The notes beneath the pieces are model-generated. The model worked only from the letters and a program-made list of their open reading frames with translations. It ran no database searches and was not told the DNA's origin. The position numbers and the translations under genes were made by a program. A DNA stretch of 59,941 bases, filler included, from Stramenopiles sp. TOSAG23-6 (taxonomy: Eukaryota): assembly GCA_900128565.1 (NCBI GenBank). It is 11 parts of 11 records of this genome, joined end to end, with 100 filler letters (N's around TTAATTAATTAA, not from the genome) between each part and the next. Parts side by side here need not be neighbours in the genome. Positions count along the whole stretch, not along the records: positions 21,942 to 27,314 come from LT636916.1; positions 27,415 to 32,755 come from LT636918.1; positions 32,856 to 38,195 come from LT636919.1; 8 more parts are not named here. One strand, 5' to 3'. Positions 22,715 through 32,910 of the stretch are shown piece after piece; within the stretch, counting starts at the first letter, position 1; every line of letters starts with the position of its first letter.

Positions 22715-25700
22715 CTATTTTTTATTAGTAACACACATCTTTACAGATAATCCTTTACTAGATCCAGGTTTCTCATTTAGGTGTCTTTTAAATCGCCGAG
22801 TATTTGAAAACTTCATTGGGGTTGATTGATTACCAGGTGTTGATTTCTTCTTTAGAAACCATGATTTCATATTATTTCTTCTTTGATCACGTCTTGAATG
22901 TGGTAACATGGATCTCGATGCAGTTTGTTTACTCAATAATTTTTCTCCCTTTACAGATTTTAATGATTTTGTAGATTTAGATGATATTTTCAACATATTC
23001 CGTCTAGTTGGGAAACCACCATAGGTATTGATTGCATTCACTTTGTCCTTTGAGCCTTGTTCTATAACACTTGAAAGTGGTTTATTTCTTTTTTGTGAGG
23101 ATCCTGTTCGATACGAACTCAATTTTCGATCTATTTCAAAATCATCTTTTTCAAGTATACCCGAAAGGTCCATATCCATATTTGATGATTGAATCAGTGA
23201 TAATTTTTCCTTGTATTGTCTCAATAAATCCGTTAATTCACCCAATAAAATATTATTCTCCTGTATAACTAAGTCAAACTCCGATTGCTTCATAGTAAAT
23301 AATTTTCTAGTTTCTTCTAATTCTTGATTTGCTTGATTCAATTGATTTGTCTTGGCCTCAAGTTGCTTTGCAGCGTAGGCGGCTGTGCTTCGAATATGTT
23401 TCACTTTTAGTGACATTAAATGAGTTTCTCTGTTTACTTCTAACTCTAATTTACGTTGAAATGTAACTGTTCTTGGTATTTTCATATCTTTAATTACTTG
23501 AGCAGTAATATTTTTTTGTAACTCCATGGTGAGGTTTTGACGCAAATCATGCTCCATTTTACGTTGAATCCTTTTTAATGTTTCTCCATCTATGCAGTTT
23601 TCTCCTTCTAAACCAAAAGTAGTAGGCTCATGATTGTGGGTATCAGAATTATCAACAACATTTGGACTAAGTAAGGATGAAGGATTTTTAATTCCTTCGT
23701 CGTTATTGGAGGGAGTATTAGGAAACATATTTAATGATTCATCTCCATCTAACATTTTCCTCATGCGAACATTCTCTGTCTTTAATGCTTTAATGTTTTG
23801 ACTAAGTCTCTGAATATCCTTGTCCTTATTCTTGATTTTCAATGAAGACTGTGATAGATCATCTTGCATTGTTCTATATCGTAGCTTCATTAGTTCACGT
23901 TCAGAATTTGCACTCGCAGTTTCTTTTGATAAACTCACAACTTTCTCCTCAAATATGCTATTTTTCAATTGAGTCTTTTGCAAAGTATCTGATAACTTTT
24001 CTAGTTTTTCCTTTAATAAGACAGACATCTTTTCCATATTTTTTGCCTTTGAATTTAACCTACGATTATTATCAGATAACTTTTTGTTGGAGTTCTTCAC
24101 ACTTGTATAATTTTTCATTTCAGATGTCATTTTTCGTACTTTTGACTCAGCATCCTTTTCTGCCATGCGTGATTTCGCAAGTTTATTTTCGAGTTTAATT
24201 TTATCTTTAATTACATTTTGTAGTTTTTGAGCAGCGCCACCTCCTGAAAGAGCTTCTTCCAATTCCTCTATATTCGTTTTATAACGTAAAGTTGTTCGTT
24301 TAAAACTATCTCGTTCCTTTTCTAATTTTTTAATGCTTTTGTTCAATTTCTGAATATGTATTGTGCTATCCTCCACTAGATGTTTTCTATCGGCATCAAA
24401 GTGTTCTTGTAGTCCTTTCACTTTTGTGGATAATATTGCAGCATCTCTAATCTGAACTCTTTGTAAATTCAATAATCCTGCATTGCGTGATTTTGCAAAA
24501 TCATTTTTGAATCGTACTTGCAAATTGTGAATAGTATTCTGATTTTCCTCACATATGTCTCCCAAAGTCGAAGTTAATGCATCTTTTACGCTAGATTGTA
24601 CCAAATTTAACATGGAGTCTTGAATTCTTCTTTGCTCCGTGGCTAATCGAGAAGCATTCTTTGCAACGCGACTATAATGTATTCTATAGACATTTTCTGC
24701 TTCACCAAGTACTTTGCCCATCGCCTGCTTTGCAAAATCAGCTGCAATTTCACGTCGCTTTGGCAGCGAACCTGCTTGTAATGCTCTATCTATAATATCC
24801 ATAAATCTTTGATCCAGAGTTAGTCTCTCTGAATGAACTGACTGATGTACTTTCAACCCCTGTAATTTACTTACTAGGTCTTGTTCTGTACTCTTATCAG
24901 TGTCAAACTCTTTTATTTCATTGTTATCTAATTTGTCAACTTGGTTCATCGTGAAGTATTTCAATCTCAGCAAATCAAGTTGTTGAATCAAATTTGCCTC
25001 ATTTATAGCAACCTGTTTTATATATTCTTTTTCTGAATGTTTCGCTTCGGTAATTTTTGGTGAAGCTGTTGACGCTAAAGCATTCATTACATATGTACAG
25101 TATCTTTGAATAGTTGTAACATTGTTATTATCTTTTTCTAATACATTTACCGTGGCTGAGTTATTTGATTTATTGCCTATATCTATTTTAGTATCTCGGA
25201 CCGAATTTCCATTTTTGCTCCGCGTTAAAAAGGACGCAGCCGCAAGTGGACAGAAGATTTTCCCTGGCCATTTTTTTATAGCAGAATAAACATGGTCACT
25301 ATCTACATCAATATTGGATATCCATGAAATAACGTCTTCAAATCGAATTCTCGGTGTATTTGCAGTTGTACTCCGCAATAAATCCATTTTCATCACCATG
25401 GTAGGATCAACTTTTGAAATACTTCCCTGTTCTCCACCGTCAATTTTCGATAGTAACTTCTGAAACTCCGTTGTTAGTGCAGCATTGCCTAATGCAAGAT
25501 TCAAATTTCTGCAACATTGTTTAAAACTTTGAAAGTCTATATCGTCATCTTCATCTGAGTAAGCTTTTAAACAACTTAGACTCACCCAGACTTCAATAAA
25601 ATGTAGACATATTTTGAGCAAAGTGTCTAAATTACTTTGCGTTACCCATGGTCCATCCAACTTTACATCGAGTTTGATATCACCACGTGTACACGCCTTT

Positions 25701-25951
25701 TGATGAGCTAATATACATGATTCGTCAAAAGCTTCTTTGCATTCGTTGAATATTATCCATCTATCTTTTAGCTTATCAAACAACTGACGTGGATGAAATG
25801 CACGGACTCCTTCTTTATTAATTTCTTCCCAAAATGATACTCGTAATTTTGCCTTTGACAATATGTCAAATATTTCAGGTCTCGCAATATTGAGCTGACA
25901 CAAGCTCTCGTCACATTTAGACCGCTGATGGGCCCGCAAAGTGCCACTCAT
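22715..25951 (-). CDS. Large coiled-coil protein of unknown function (first ATG at 25951)
   Basis: Uninterrupted ORF of more than 1000 codons with long heptad-rich, charged segments. Confidence 0.75.
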   Translation of the reverse strand: MSGTLRAHQRSKCDESLCQLNIARPEIFDILSKAKLRVSFWEEINKEGVRAFHPRQLFDKLKDRWIIFNECKEAFDESCILAHQKACTRGDIKLDVKLDGPWVTQSNLDTLLKICLHFIEVWVSLSCLKAYSDEDDDIDFQSFKQCCRNLNLALGNAALTTEFQKLLSKIDGGEQGSISKVDPTMVMKMDLLRSTTANTPRIRFEDVISWISNIDVDSDHVYSAIKKWPGKIFCPLAAASFLTRSKNGNSVRDTKIDIGNKSNNSATVNVLEKDNNNVTTIQRYCTYVMNALASTASPKITEAKHSEKEYIKQVAINEANLIQQLDLLRLKYFTMNQVDKLDNNEIKEFDTDKSTEQDLVSKLQGLKVHQSVHSERLTLDQRFMDIIDRALQAGSLPKRREIAADFAKQAMGKVLGEAENVYRIHYSRVAKNASRLATEQRRIQDSMLNLVQSSVKDALTSTLGDICEENQNTIHNLQVRFKNDFAKSRNAGLLNLQRVQIRDAAILSTKVKGLQEHFDADRKHLVEDSTIHIQKLNKSIKKLEKERDSFKRTTLRYKTNIEELEEALSGGGAAQKLQNVIKDKIKLENKLAKSRMAEKDAESKVRKMTSEMKNYTSVKNSNKKLSDNNRRLNSKAKNMEKMSVLLKEKLEKLSDTLQKTQLKNSIFEEKVVSLSKETASANSERELMKLRYRTMQDDLSQSSLKIKNKDKDIQRLSQNIKALKTENVRMRKMLDGDESLNMFPNTPSNNDEGIKNPSSLLSPNVVDNSDTHNHEPTTFGLEGENCIDGETLKRIQRKMEHDLRQNLTMELQKNITAQVIKDMKIPRTVTFQRKLELEVNRETHLMSLKVKHIRSTAAYAAKQLEAKTNQLNQANQELEETRKLFTMKQSEFDLVIQENNILLGELTDLLRQYKEKLSLIQSSNMDMDLSGILEKDDFEIDRKLSSYRTGSSQKRNKPLSSVIEQGSKDKVNAINTYGGFPTRRNMLKISSKSTKSLKSVKGEKLLSKQTASRSMLPHSRRDQRRNNMKSWFLKKKSTPGNQSTPMKFSNTRRFKRHLNEKPGSSKGLSVKMCVTNKK

Positions 25952-26106
25952 TGTGTGTAAGATGATAAATATAGCGACAATGATCTGATACCCTAGTAAG
26001 ACCTCTTTCGTGTGTACACGTAACTGCCCGTGTAACTGTCGGTTAATAAAGGGAAAACAAACATCGGAAAAGCTACACAAAAACGAAGAATATTTGTTCT
26101 CTGTAG

Positions 26107-27246
26107 ATGTTTTCTTCTCTAGACAATAGTTTTGAGGAAATAAAGAGTCCCGGGAATCGACCACTTCAACGAACGATTGACTTGGATGGGACAAAGGCAA
26201 AGAGATTTACGCGAGCAAGGCACCAAAAAGTGCAGAAGGAAGAACCAGAAGAACTACGTTGGAATACTGCCTCAATCAATACAGGCTTCGGAAACGATGA
26301 ATTTGACGAGACCTGGGACGTTGCTGATTTCGGTGATGATATTGAAGAAGAAGAAATTACAGTTCCAGAGACCTTTTCTCGGACAAATGCGTTGCAAGCC
26401 ATAAAAGACGCGCGGGGTGCCGGAACATCCACCTCAACTATTTCCACAGAAAGACGAAATCGCAATTCCCCTAGAAAGTCTGAGAGACCAAAGGTAAAGA
26501 GTAATACTGGCTGGGGAGAGACGAGCAACATAACACCTAAATACACCGGTTTTACAAGAAGTGGACAGAATTCAGACAGCGATGATATTATCATATCAGA
26601 TGATGATGCGTCCACTCCTGCATTTTCGAAAGAAGTTGAGAAGAATAGCTACGAGAAGAACGGAGATCACGAGGATTCCAAAAATAATAAAGATTATAGA
26701 GAAGAAAAAGAACTATTTCGCGAAACTGCTGATAAAGATAGACTTACTACAATGTCAAATAGTAGGTCATCATCGCCCAGGAAAATATTCTCAACAAATG
26801 ACGAAATGCATCAAAGTATTGAAATGAAAGATAAACTTTCTCCGAAAAAAAGTGCACCATCAAGTACGTCACCATCAAAATCTAAATCTAAATCTAAATC
26901 TAAATCTACATCTAAATCTAAAAGTCCAGTAAAGAAGGGTCGAACAGAATCTAGACAAGAAACTCAAAAGCCAACAGCAGACAACATAAGTCAAATTAAA
27001 GCTGATTTGCAAAGTCTCGAAAAAGATCTGATGAGAGCCCAAGAAAATAGAAACTGGGGTCGGTGTGCTGAAATTGATGAAAAAATTAAAGAACTCAAGA
27101 ATATTTTAAATAATCCAAATGATGCGTCATTATTCAAGAAATATTCCGGTAATAGTAATGCTGATGCCTCCCTAGCGGAGTCTATTATAGTTTTGAAGGC
27201 CGCAAACAAATTGAAAAAAAAGAAAAGATTTTGCATTCTTCAATAA
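26107..27246 (+). CDS. Disordered protein with a UVR (UvrB/C-type) motif; 3' end may be affected by a contig-end duplication
   Basis: LEKDLMRAQENRNWGRCAEIDEKIKEL matches the UVR pattern. Divergent from the coiled-coil gene. Confidence 0.6.
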   Translation: MFSSLDNSFEEIKSPGNRPLQRTIDLDGTKAKRFTRARHQKVQKEEPEELRWNTASINTGFGNDEFDETWDVADFGDDIEEEEITVPETFSRTNALQAIKDARGAGTSTSTISTERRNRNSPRKSERPKVKSNTGWGETSNITPKYTGFTRSGQNSDSDDIIISDDDASTPAFSKEVEKNSYEKNGDHEDSKNNKDYREEKELFRETADKDRLTTMSNSRSSSPRKIFSTNDEMHQSIEMKDKLSPKKSAPSSTSPSKSKSKSKSKSTSKSKSPVKKGRTESRQETQKPTADNISQIKADLQSLEKDLMRAQENRNWGRCAEIDEKIKELKNILNNPNDASLFKKYSGNSNADASLAESIIVLKAANKLKKKKRFCILQ

Positions 27247-27559
27247 ATTAATAATTTTTAAACAAATTGAAAAAAAAGAAAAGATTTTGCATTCTTCAAT
27301 AAATTAATAATTTTNNNNNNNNNNNNNNNNNNNNNNNNNNNNNNNNNNNNNNNNNNNNTTAATTAATTAANNNNNNNNNNNNNNNNNNNNNNNNNNNNNN
27401 NNNNNNNNNNNNNNTTGGCGCCAAAAATGTAGGGTACCAAAATATATCTTGTACCCGAAGTCCACAGGAACCTTGCTGAGCAAGACATTGGTTGACGTAA
27501 ACTATTCATCACTTACAAAAAGTTCTTGTTTTTAAATCAACAAGAAGAAAAGGAGAAAA

Positions 27560-29095
27560 ATGACTGCTTCTTATCTTACGGATGATTATGTATGGCTCGT
27601 TGTTATGGGTGCGCTTGCGAGTTTCTCTGCTGCATTCGGCATTGGTGCTAATGACGTTGCAAACTCACTTGCTACGGCTGTTGGTTCCANAGCCATTACC
27701 AAAACGCAAGCCGTCTTTCTTGCGGCATTCTTCGAATTCTTTGGAAGTATTTTACTCGGGAACCATGTAACAAAGACTATTCGCAAAGGTATTGCNGACC
27801 AAGAATGCTTTGAAGACAATCCTGCTCTGCTCATGTATGGAATGATGTGTGTTCTTTTCGCTGTTGCAATCTGGCTTTACTTGGCGACTAAATGGAGAAT
27901 GCCTGTAAGTACAACTCATTCTTGTGTCGGTGGTATTGTTGGTATGACTATGGTATTAGTCGGTACCGGATGTGTTACCTGGTATAAAAAGAAAGATGAC
28001 TTCCCATTTGTTGGTGGTGTTGCTGGAATTGTCGTCAGTTGGTTTGTTGCTCCTGTGCTATCATGTGCCTTTGCAACGGTTCTCTTTTTGTTTGTTCGTA
28101 CATTCATTCTTCGATCTGAACACTCTTATGAACGTGCATATAAGTTTTATCCATTCCTCGTATTTGTAACACTGACCGTTTGTGGCCTTTTTATTATCTT
28201 TAAAGGAGCAAAAGGAACAGACCTTGATTTAAGTCTTGGTGAAGCCTTTGCTGTTTCTACAGGTTTTGCCTTTGTAGTTGCTATGGTAATGATACCAACT
28301 GTTCTACCTTGGATTCGTAGAAGAATTGATGAACAAATGGCAGAAAGAGAGAATGCTCTTGAAGCTGGNGAAAAACAAGTTGAAATGACTGAACCAGAAA
28401 AGAAAAACGTAGGTGTACTTAGNAAAATTTCTCATCATGTATCAAAGAATCTTAATAGAGATTCCCATGCTATTGTCCTCGAAGATGCAACAACGGCTGC
28501 NGTTCACGATAACTGTGAAGTATTTGATGAAAAAACTGAAATGTTTTTCAGGTATGTACAAGTATTTACTTGCTGTTGCGATAGTTTTTCTCATGGTGCA
28601 AATGACGTTGCTAACTCTATTGGTCCGTTTGCTGCAATTTATGTGGTTTATAATGCAGGAGAGGTTTCTAAGAAAAATGAACTTGGAGATGACGCATATT
28701 GGATTCTTGCTCTCGGTGCTGTTGGGATTGTAATTGGGTTAGCTATTTATGGTTACAAGATTATGGAAGTTCTTGGTACACAAATGGTGAAATGCACTCC
28801 TTCAAGAGGATTTTCTATTGAATTAGGTGCCGTTGCTGTAATCATTATGGGTACAAGACTCGGAATTCCACTTTCGACAACACATTGCCAAGTAGGTGCT
28901 ACGTGTGGTGTAGCCTGGTGTGAAGGTAGGCAGGGTATTAACTACAAAGTTCTTTTTACAGTTATAGCCGGATGGGTTCTCACTTTGCTTGTTGCCGGTG
29001 GAACTGCTGGAATCTTTTCTGCGATGGGAGCATATGCCCCAAGTGCACACGGAGTTACATTTGAGGGAATGAAAGTTGCGGTACCAGTTGCTTAG
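27560..29095 (+). CDS. PHO4: PHO4/PiT-family phosphate transporter
   Basis: Two GANDVANS signatures plus PVSTTHS and PLSTTHC motifs; many TM helices; intronless. Confidence 0.95.
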   Translation: MTASYLTDDYVWLVVMGALASFSAAFGIGANDVANSLATAVGSXAITKTQAVFLAAFFEFFGSILLGNHVTKTIRKGIXDQECFEDNPALLMYGMMCVLFAVAIWLYLATKWRMPVSTTHSCVGGIVGMTMVLVGTGCVTWYKKKDDFPFVGGVAGIVVSWFVAPVLSCAFATVLFLFVRTFILRSEHSYERAYKFYPFLVFVTLTVCGLFIIFKGAKGTDLDLSLGEAFAVSTGFAFVVAMVMIPTVLPWIRRRIDEQMAERENALEAXEKQVEMTEPEKKNVGVLXKISHHVSKNLNRDSHAIVLEDATTAXVHDNCEVFDEKTEMFFRYVQVFTCCCDSFSHGANDVANSIGPFAAIYVVYNAGEVSKKNELGDDAYWILALGAVGIVIGLAIYGYKIMEVLGTQMVKCTPSRGFSIELGAVAVIIMGTRLGIPLSTTHCQVGATCGVAWCEGRQGINYKVLFTVIAGWVLTLLVAGGTAGIFSAMGAYAPSAHGVTFEGMKVAVPVA

Positions 29096-29254
29096 TTTAG
29101 TNTAGTGTTACAATTTAGGGATAATTTATACATCGATGTATTATTGTTTTAATTGAAAACTGTATATCAATTTGACTTTGGAAATATACAACATATTCGT
29201 ATATGAAAAAATAAAAGAATTCCTAACTATATTATACATTTTTATTGTTTTATA

Positions 29255-30748
29255 TCAATCAATATCATCATTGTGAATACATAACACTTCATTACCTATT
29301 TGAGCAGTATGTATTGAAAAACTTTCAAGAAGAATCTTTTTTTTACTAAATACACAGGAAAAGAATAAAATGATTGATATACCAATAGCTGATAGTAAAA
29401 CACCATTTGCCATCAATATTCCTTCTTGTTTATTCGGTGCATTTTCCATCAAAATGTTACAGATCCATAAAAAGAAAACACCAGCAAATTGTGCAACACA
29501 ATTTAGTACACCAGCAACTACAGCTTCATCAGCTTGAAGGGCAAGTGAAGTAGCTAATTCAAATCCACTGGACAAAACTGCTGCAATAAAGAATCCAGTA
29601 AAAAAAAGTGACGAATACAAAAGTATAACACAATACCCATCACACATAAAATGCGTTCCCTCAAATTTTTGAGCATATACAACAGAATATCCAAAGAAAA
29701 CTGTACCAAGTAAGGTACCTACTAGTAGAAAACCCATTATTCTTAGTTGATTGAAATTGAATATATCGAATAATTTCCCGCTGCTATATGATCCAAATAC
29801 CCATATTGTGAAAAAAGTATTTTTTTTTGTAAAATTTGTTTGGTAAAAAAAATTGACAAAAAAAATAAATTCGAAATTGAAAAAAAAAATAAAACATACC
29901 CCAAACATAATAAAACCAATGCCGAGCCATCCTATACGAAGATTTGAAGTATATGCAGGTAGAAATTGTGCAAGAAATGTTGCAATTCCATAAAATACAC
30001 CTACATTTAATCCATATACAATTGAAAAACTAATAAGGCTACATGAAGAAGTAAAGACTTGAAGTGATTCAATATATCCTGCTTTATGTAAATTCCTCAA
30101 TGAACCATTTGATTCCATAACTATTGGTGGGGTTGGTGGAGAATTTGCCATTAAAAAAAAAATAAGCAATAATGCAAGTAGAGCGATAAGGCATTGAATA
30201 CTTAGATAAATGCTCAACTCCTGAGTAGAGTATATATCAAATACAACTCCAGAGCCTAGACCAAAAGCAGTTCCAAGATTATTAGCAAAAACACCAATTG
30301 ATGTGGCTAAACAACGTTCGTGTTCACCAAACCAAGAATGAGAAAGAAAAGGAGGTATCGCTAGTGTGAATGTTTGTGCAAGTGCTGATATAAAGGTACC
30401 AATGTATACCATCTTATACGTGGAAGAGTAATACCAACGAATGAAAGATCCTGAAAAATTAAAAAGTGCCCCAATCAGTAGTCCTTTTCTCATCCCGACT
30501 CTGTTGATGAACCACAAAGCTGGAATTGATGCTGGAATATATGTGTACATGAAAACCATTGAAAGATTATTAACATCTGCATATGAAGTTTTCCAAATTG
30601 TTGAAACTTCAGTAACCAGCGGAGAAAACGTTATCCATTGCCAACCATTAGATAAGGTCAAAAGAGCAAAGCTAAAGAGAACGAACCACCGCTTGGAGTA
30701 AAGTACTGGATTAGCGGTCTCCTGACCAAGAAGCGAATCGTGATTCAT
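29255..30748 (-). CDS. MFS transporter, FLVCR/SLC49-like, with an in-frame 99-nt intron (29801-29899)
   Basis: YSKRWFVL, QWITFSP and WFGEHERCLATSIG motifs. The Phe-rich insert VCFIFFF...FFTIW is a family intron. Confidence 0.85.
   Translation of the reverse strand: MNHDSLLGQETANPVLYSKRWFVLFSFALLTLSNGWQWITFSPLVTEVSTIWKTSYADVNNLSMVFMYTYIPASIPALWFINRVGMRKGLLIGALFNFSGSFIRWYYSSTYKMVYIGTFISALAQTFTLAIPPFLSHSWFGEHERCLATSIGVFANNLGTAFGLGSGVVFDIYSTQELSIYLSIQCLIALLALLLIFFLMANSPPTPPIVMESNGSLRNLHKAGYIESLQVFTSSCSLISFSIVYGLNVGVFYGIATFLAQFLPAYTSNLRIGWLGIGFIMFGVCFIFFFNFEFIFFVNFFYQTNFTKKNTFFTIWVFGSYSSGKLFDIFNFNQLRIMGFLLVGTLLGTVFFGYSVVYAQKFEGTHFMCDGYCVILLYSSLFFTGFFIAAVLSSGFELATSLALQADEAVVAGVLNCVAQFAGVFFLWICNILMENAPNKQEGILMANGVLLSAIGISIILFFSCVFSKKKILLESFSIHTAQIGNEVLCIHNDDID
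29801..29899 (-). other. GT-GG intron (family member), in frame and stop-free
   Basis: ttt gGG|GTATGT...TACCAAAC...TTCACAATATGG|gta ttt; removal restores the TM helix IMFG|VFGSYSSG. Confidence 0.7.
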
Positions 30749-31118
30749 TCTTCAAAGTATTCTAGATAATGTCAATATGTGACATGCCACTGTTGGAAAA
30801 TCTATTATTTTTGTTTCGAATTTTTGTATGTCCTCAAATAGGTAATTATTAGATTTGACACACTTGACTTGACCGATTTGGGATGACCAACAAAAAAAAA
30901 TTGTCAAATACAAAATTTGAAATTTGGACGATTTGAATTTAGTTCACTTCGAGTGTGATATCATTTATCTTTTTTTCACATTCACTTATATTTGATTTTG
31001 TATGTAAATAATAAAGAAATAAAATACAAATATTTTTTGATTTTGTTTTTAATAGTAGTACTGTATATAGACAATCTTGCAAATGCAATAAAAAGTCATA
31101 TATATATAAGGGTTAGGG

Positions 31119-32539
31119 TTACAAACAGTTTCCAACTTTTACACATAATTCTGCCATTCTATTTGAATATCCCCATTCATTATCATACCAAATATATACT
31201 TTTACTTGAGTACCATTGACAACCATTGTAGATGCGGCATCAACAATACCTGAACGAGGATCATTTGTATAATCCGTAGATACTAAAGGTTTGACCTCGA
31301 TGTATTGTGAAAAAATATTTCAAAAAATTCTAAAAATTTTGTTAGGTACAAAATTTCGTATGAAAAAATATTGATGAAAAAATCTGATGGACAACGTACA
31401 CACCCAAAATGCCTTTTTTAGACCCGGATGATGCAGCATTTGTGAGAACTTGATTTACTTCACATGTTGTTGTTTCTCTCTGCATTTCAAATACACAATC
31501 TGTGAGTGAAGCGTTTGCCACAGGTACGCGAACGGCATCTGTATTTGGAAAAAATATTTCGAATTCAAAATTTGTTAGGTTTGGAATTTTCATGTAAAAT
31601 TTTTGTTTTTTTCATGTAATTTTTTTTTAAATTCATTATGAAAACATACATCCATTTAGTTTACCTGCAAGTTCTGGTATGACGTCACCGATAGCTTTGG
31701 CTGAACCAGTGCTTGTAGGAAACATAGACGCTGGAACAACACCTCGTGATCTACGAATATATATTATAAAAAATATTTCAAAATATTTCAAAAATTTGTT
31801 AGGTACAAAAAATTCTATACAAAAAAAAATAGATAAAAAATTATAATGAAAAACAAACATCTTTTTGTGCTGGCCAGTGTGCATCAAGAACCGTTTGTGT
31901 GTTTGTGACATTATGAATTGTAGTAATCATGCCATGAGAAATTCCGATGGTATCATGAAGAACTTGAATGACTGGAGCAATACAATTTGTAGTACAAGAT
32001 GCTGCGGTTATTATATGATCTGTTTTTGGATTATACTTACAATCATTAACTCCCATAACAACATTCAACACGCCTTCCTTTAATGGGGCAGCTACGATTA
32101 CTTTTTTTACTCCATGTTGAAATAGTGGAGCTAACTTTGATTTTGTTTTAAATTTTCCAGAACACTCAAGGACAATGTCACAATTGCTCCAGTCGACTGA
32201 CTCAAGTGAAGTTTCAGTAGATAGACTTACTTCATTTCCATTAACAGTAAACGAGTTTTCTGAAAACTGTATACCACTTTCATAATCAGTCGTCGCATAT
32301 ATATCATTCTTACCATTTGTATTAGGAATCCAACGACCGTGAATACTATCCCACTCTAATAAATATGCAGAAGTCTCTGGAGTTGATTTAGGTTCATTGA
32401 CGTGTATTATTGTTAATTCATTCGAAGTTGTTTTGTCAGAAAGAGCCCGAAATACTAAACGGCCAATACGACCAAAACCATTGATTCCTACTTTGATAGG
32501 CGATGACTTTGAATTTGAAAAAGTTCCAATTTCTGGCAT
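31119..32539 (-). CDS. GAPDH: Glyceraldehyde-3-phosphate dehydrogenase, ArsJ-associated/gap3-like type; introns 31759-31858 (GT-AT), 31539-31649 (GT-AG), 31300-31399 (GT-AT)
   Basis: [74 protein letters not shown] and WYDNEWGY motifs. Confidence 0.92.
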
Positions 32540-32855
32540 GCTACTTGAGTCAAAGAGAAAAAAAAAATACACTGTGTGGTAAGTCCAAGCTCTAAGATTG
32601 TGTTTTTGGTGAACAAAAAAAAGATTTAAAAATCGACTTTTTGACTACTAGTCGAAAGTTGAAAACTTGAAATCGAAATTGGACTTGGTGGCGCCAAGGT
32701 TTGGCGCCAAAAATGTAGGGTACCAAAATATATCTTGTACCCGAAGTCCACAGGANNNNNNNNNNNNNNNNNNNNNNNNNNNNNNNNNNNNNNNNNNNNT
32801 TAATTAATTAANNNNNNNNNNNNNNNNNNNNNNNNNNNNNNNNNNNNNNNNNNNN

Positions 32856-32906
<51 letters not shown>

Positions 32907-32910
32907 ATAC

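Larger units (their letters stand above)
27415..32755. repeat. 55-nt direct repeat at both contig ends (27415-27469 = 32701-32755): circular or collapsed tandem unit
   Basis: TTGGCGCCAAAAATGTAGGGTACC...GTCCACAGGA is identical at both ends. Confidence 0.9.

Noticed and set aside
27200-27314. ~57-nt tandem duplication at the end of the UVR-motif gene
   Set aside because: It lies at the contig edge and is likely an assembly or amplification artefact.
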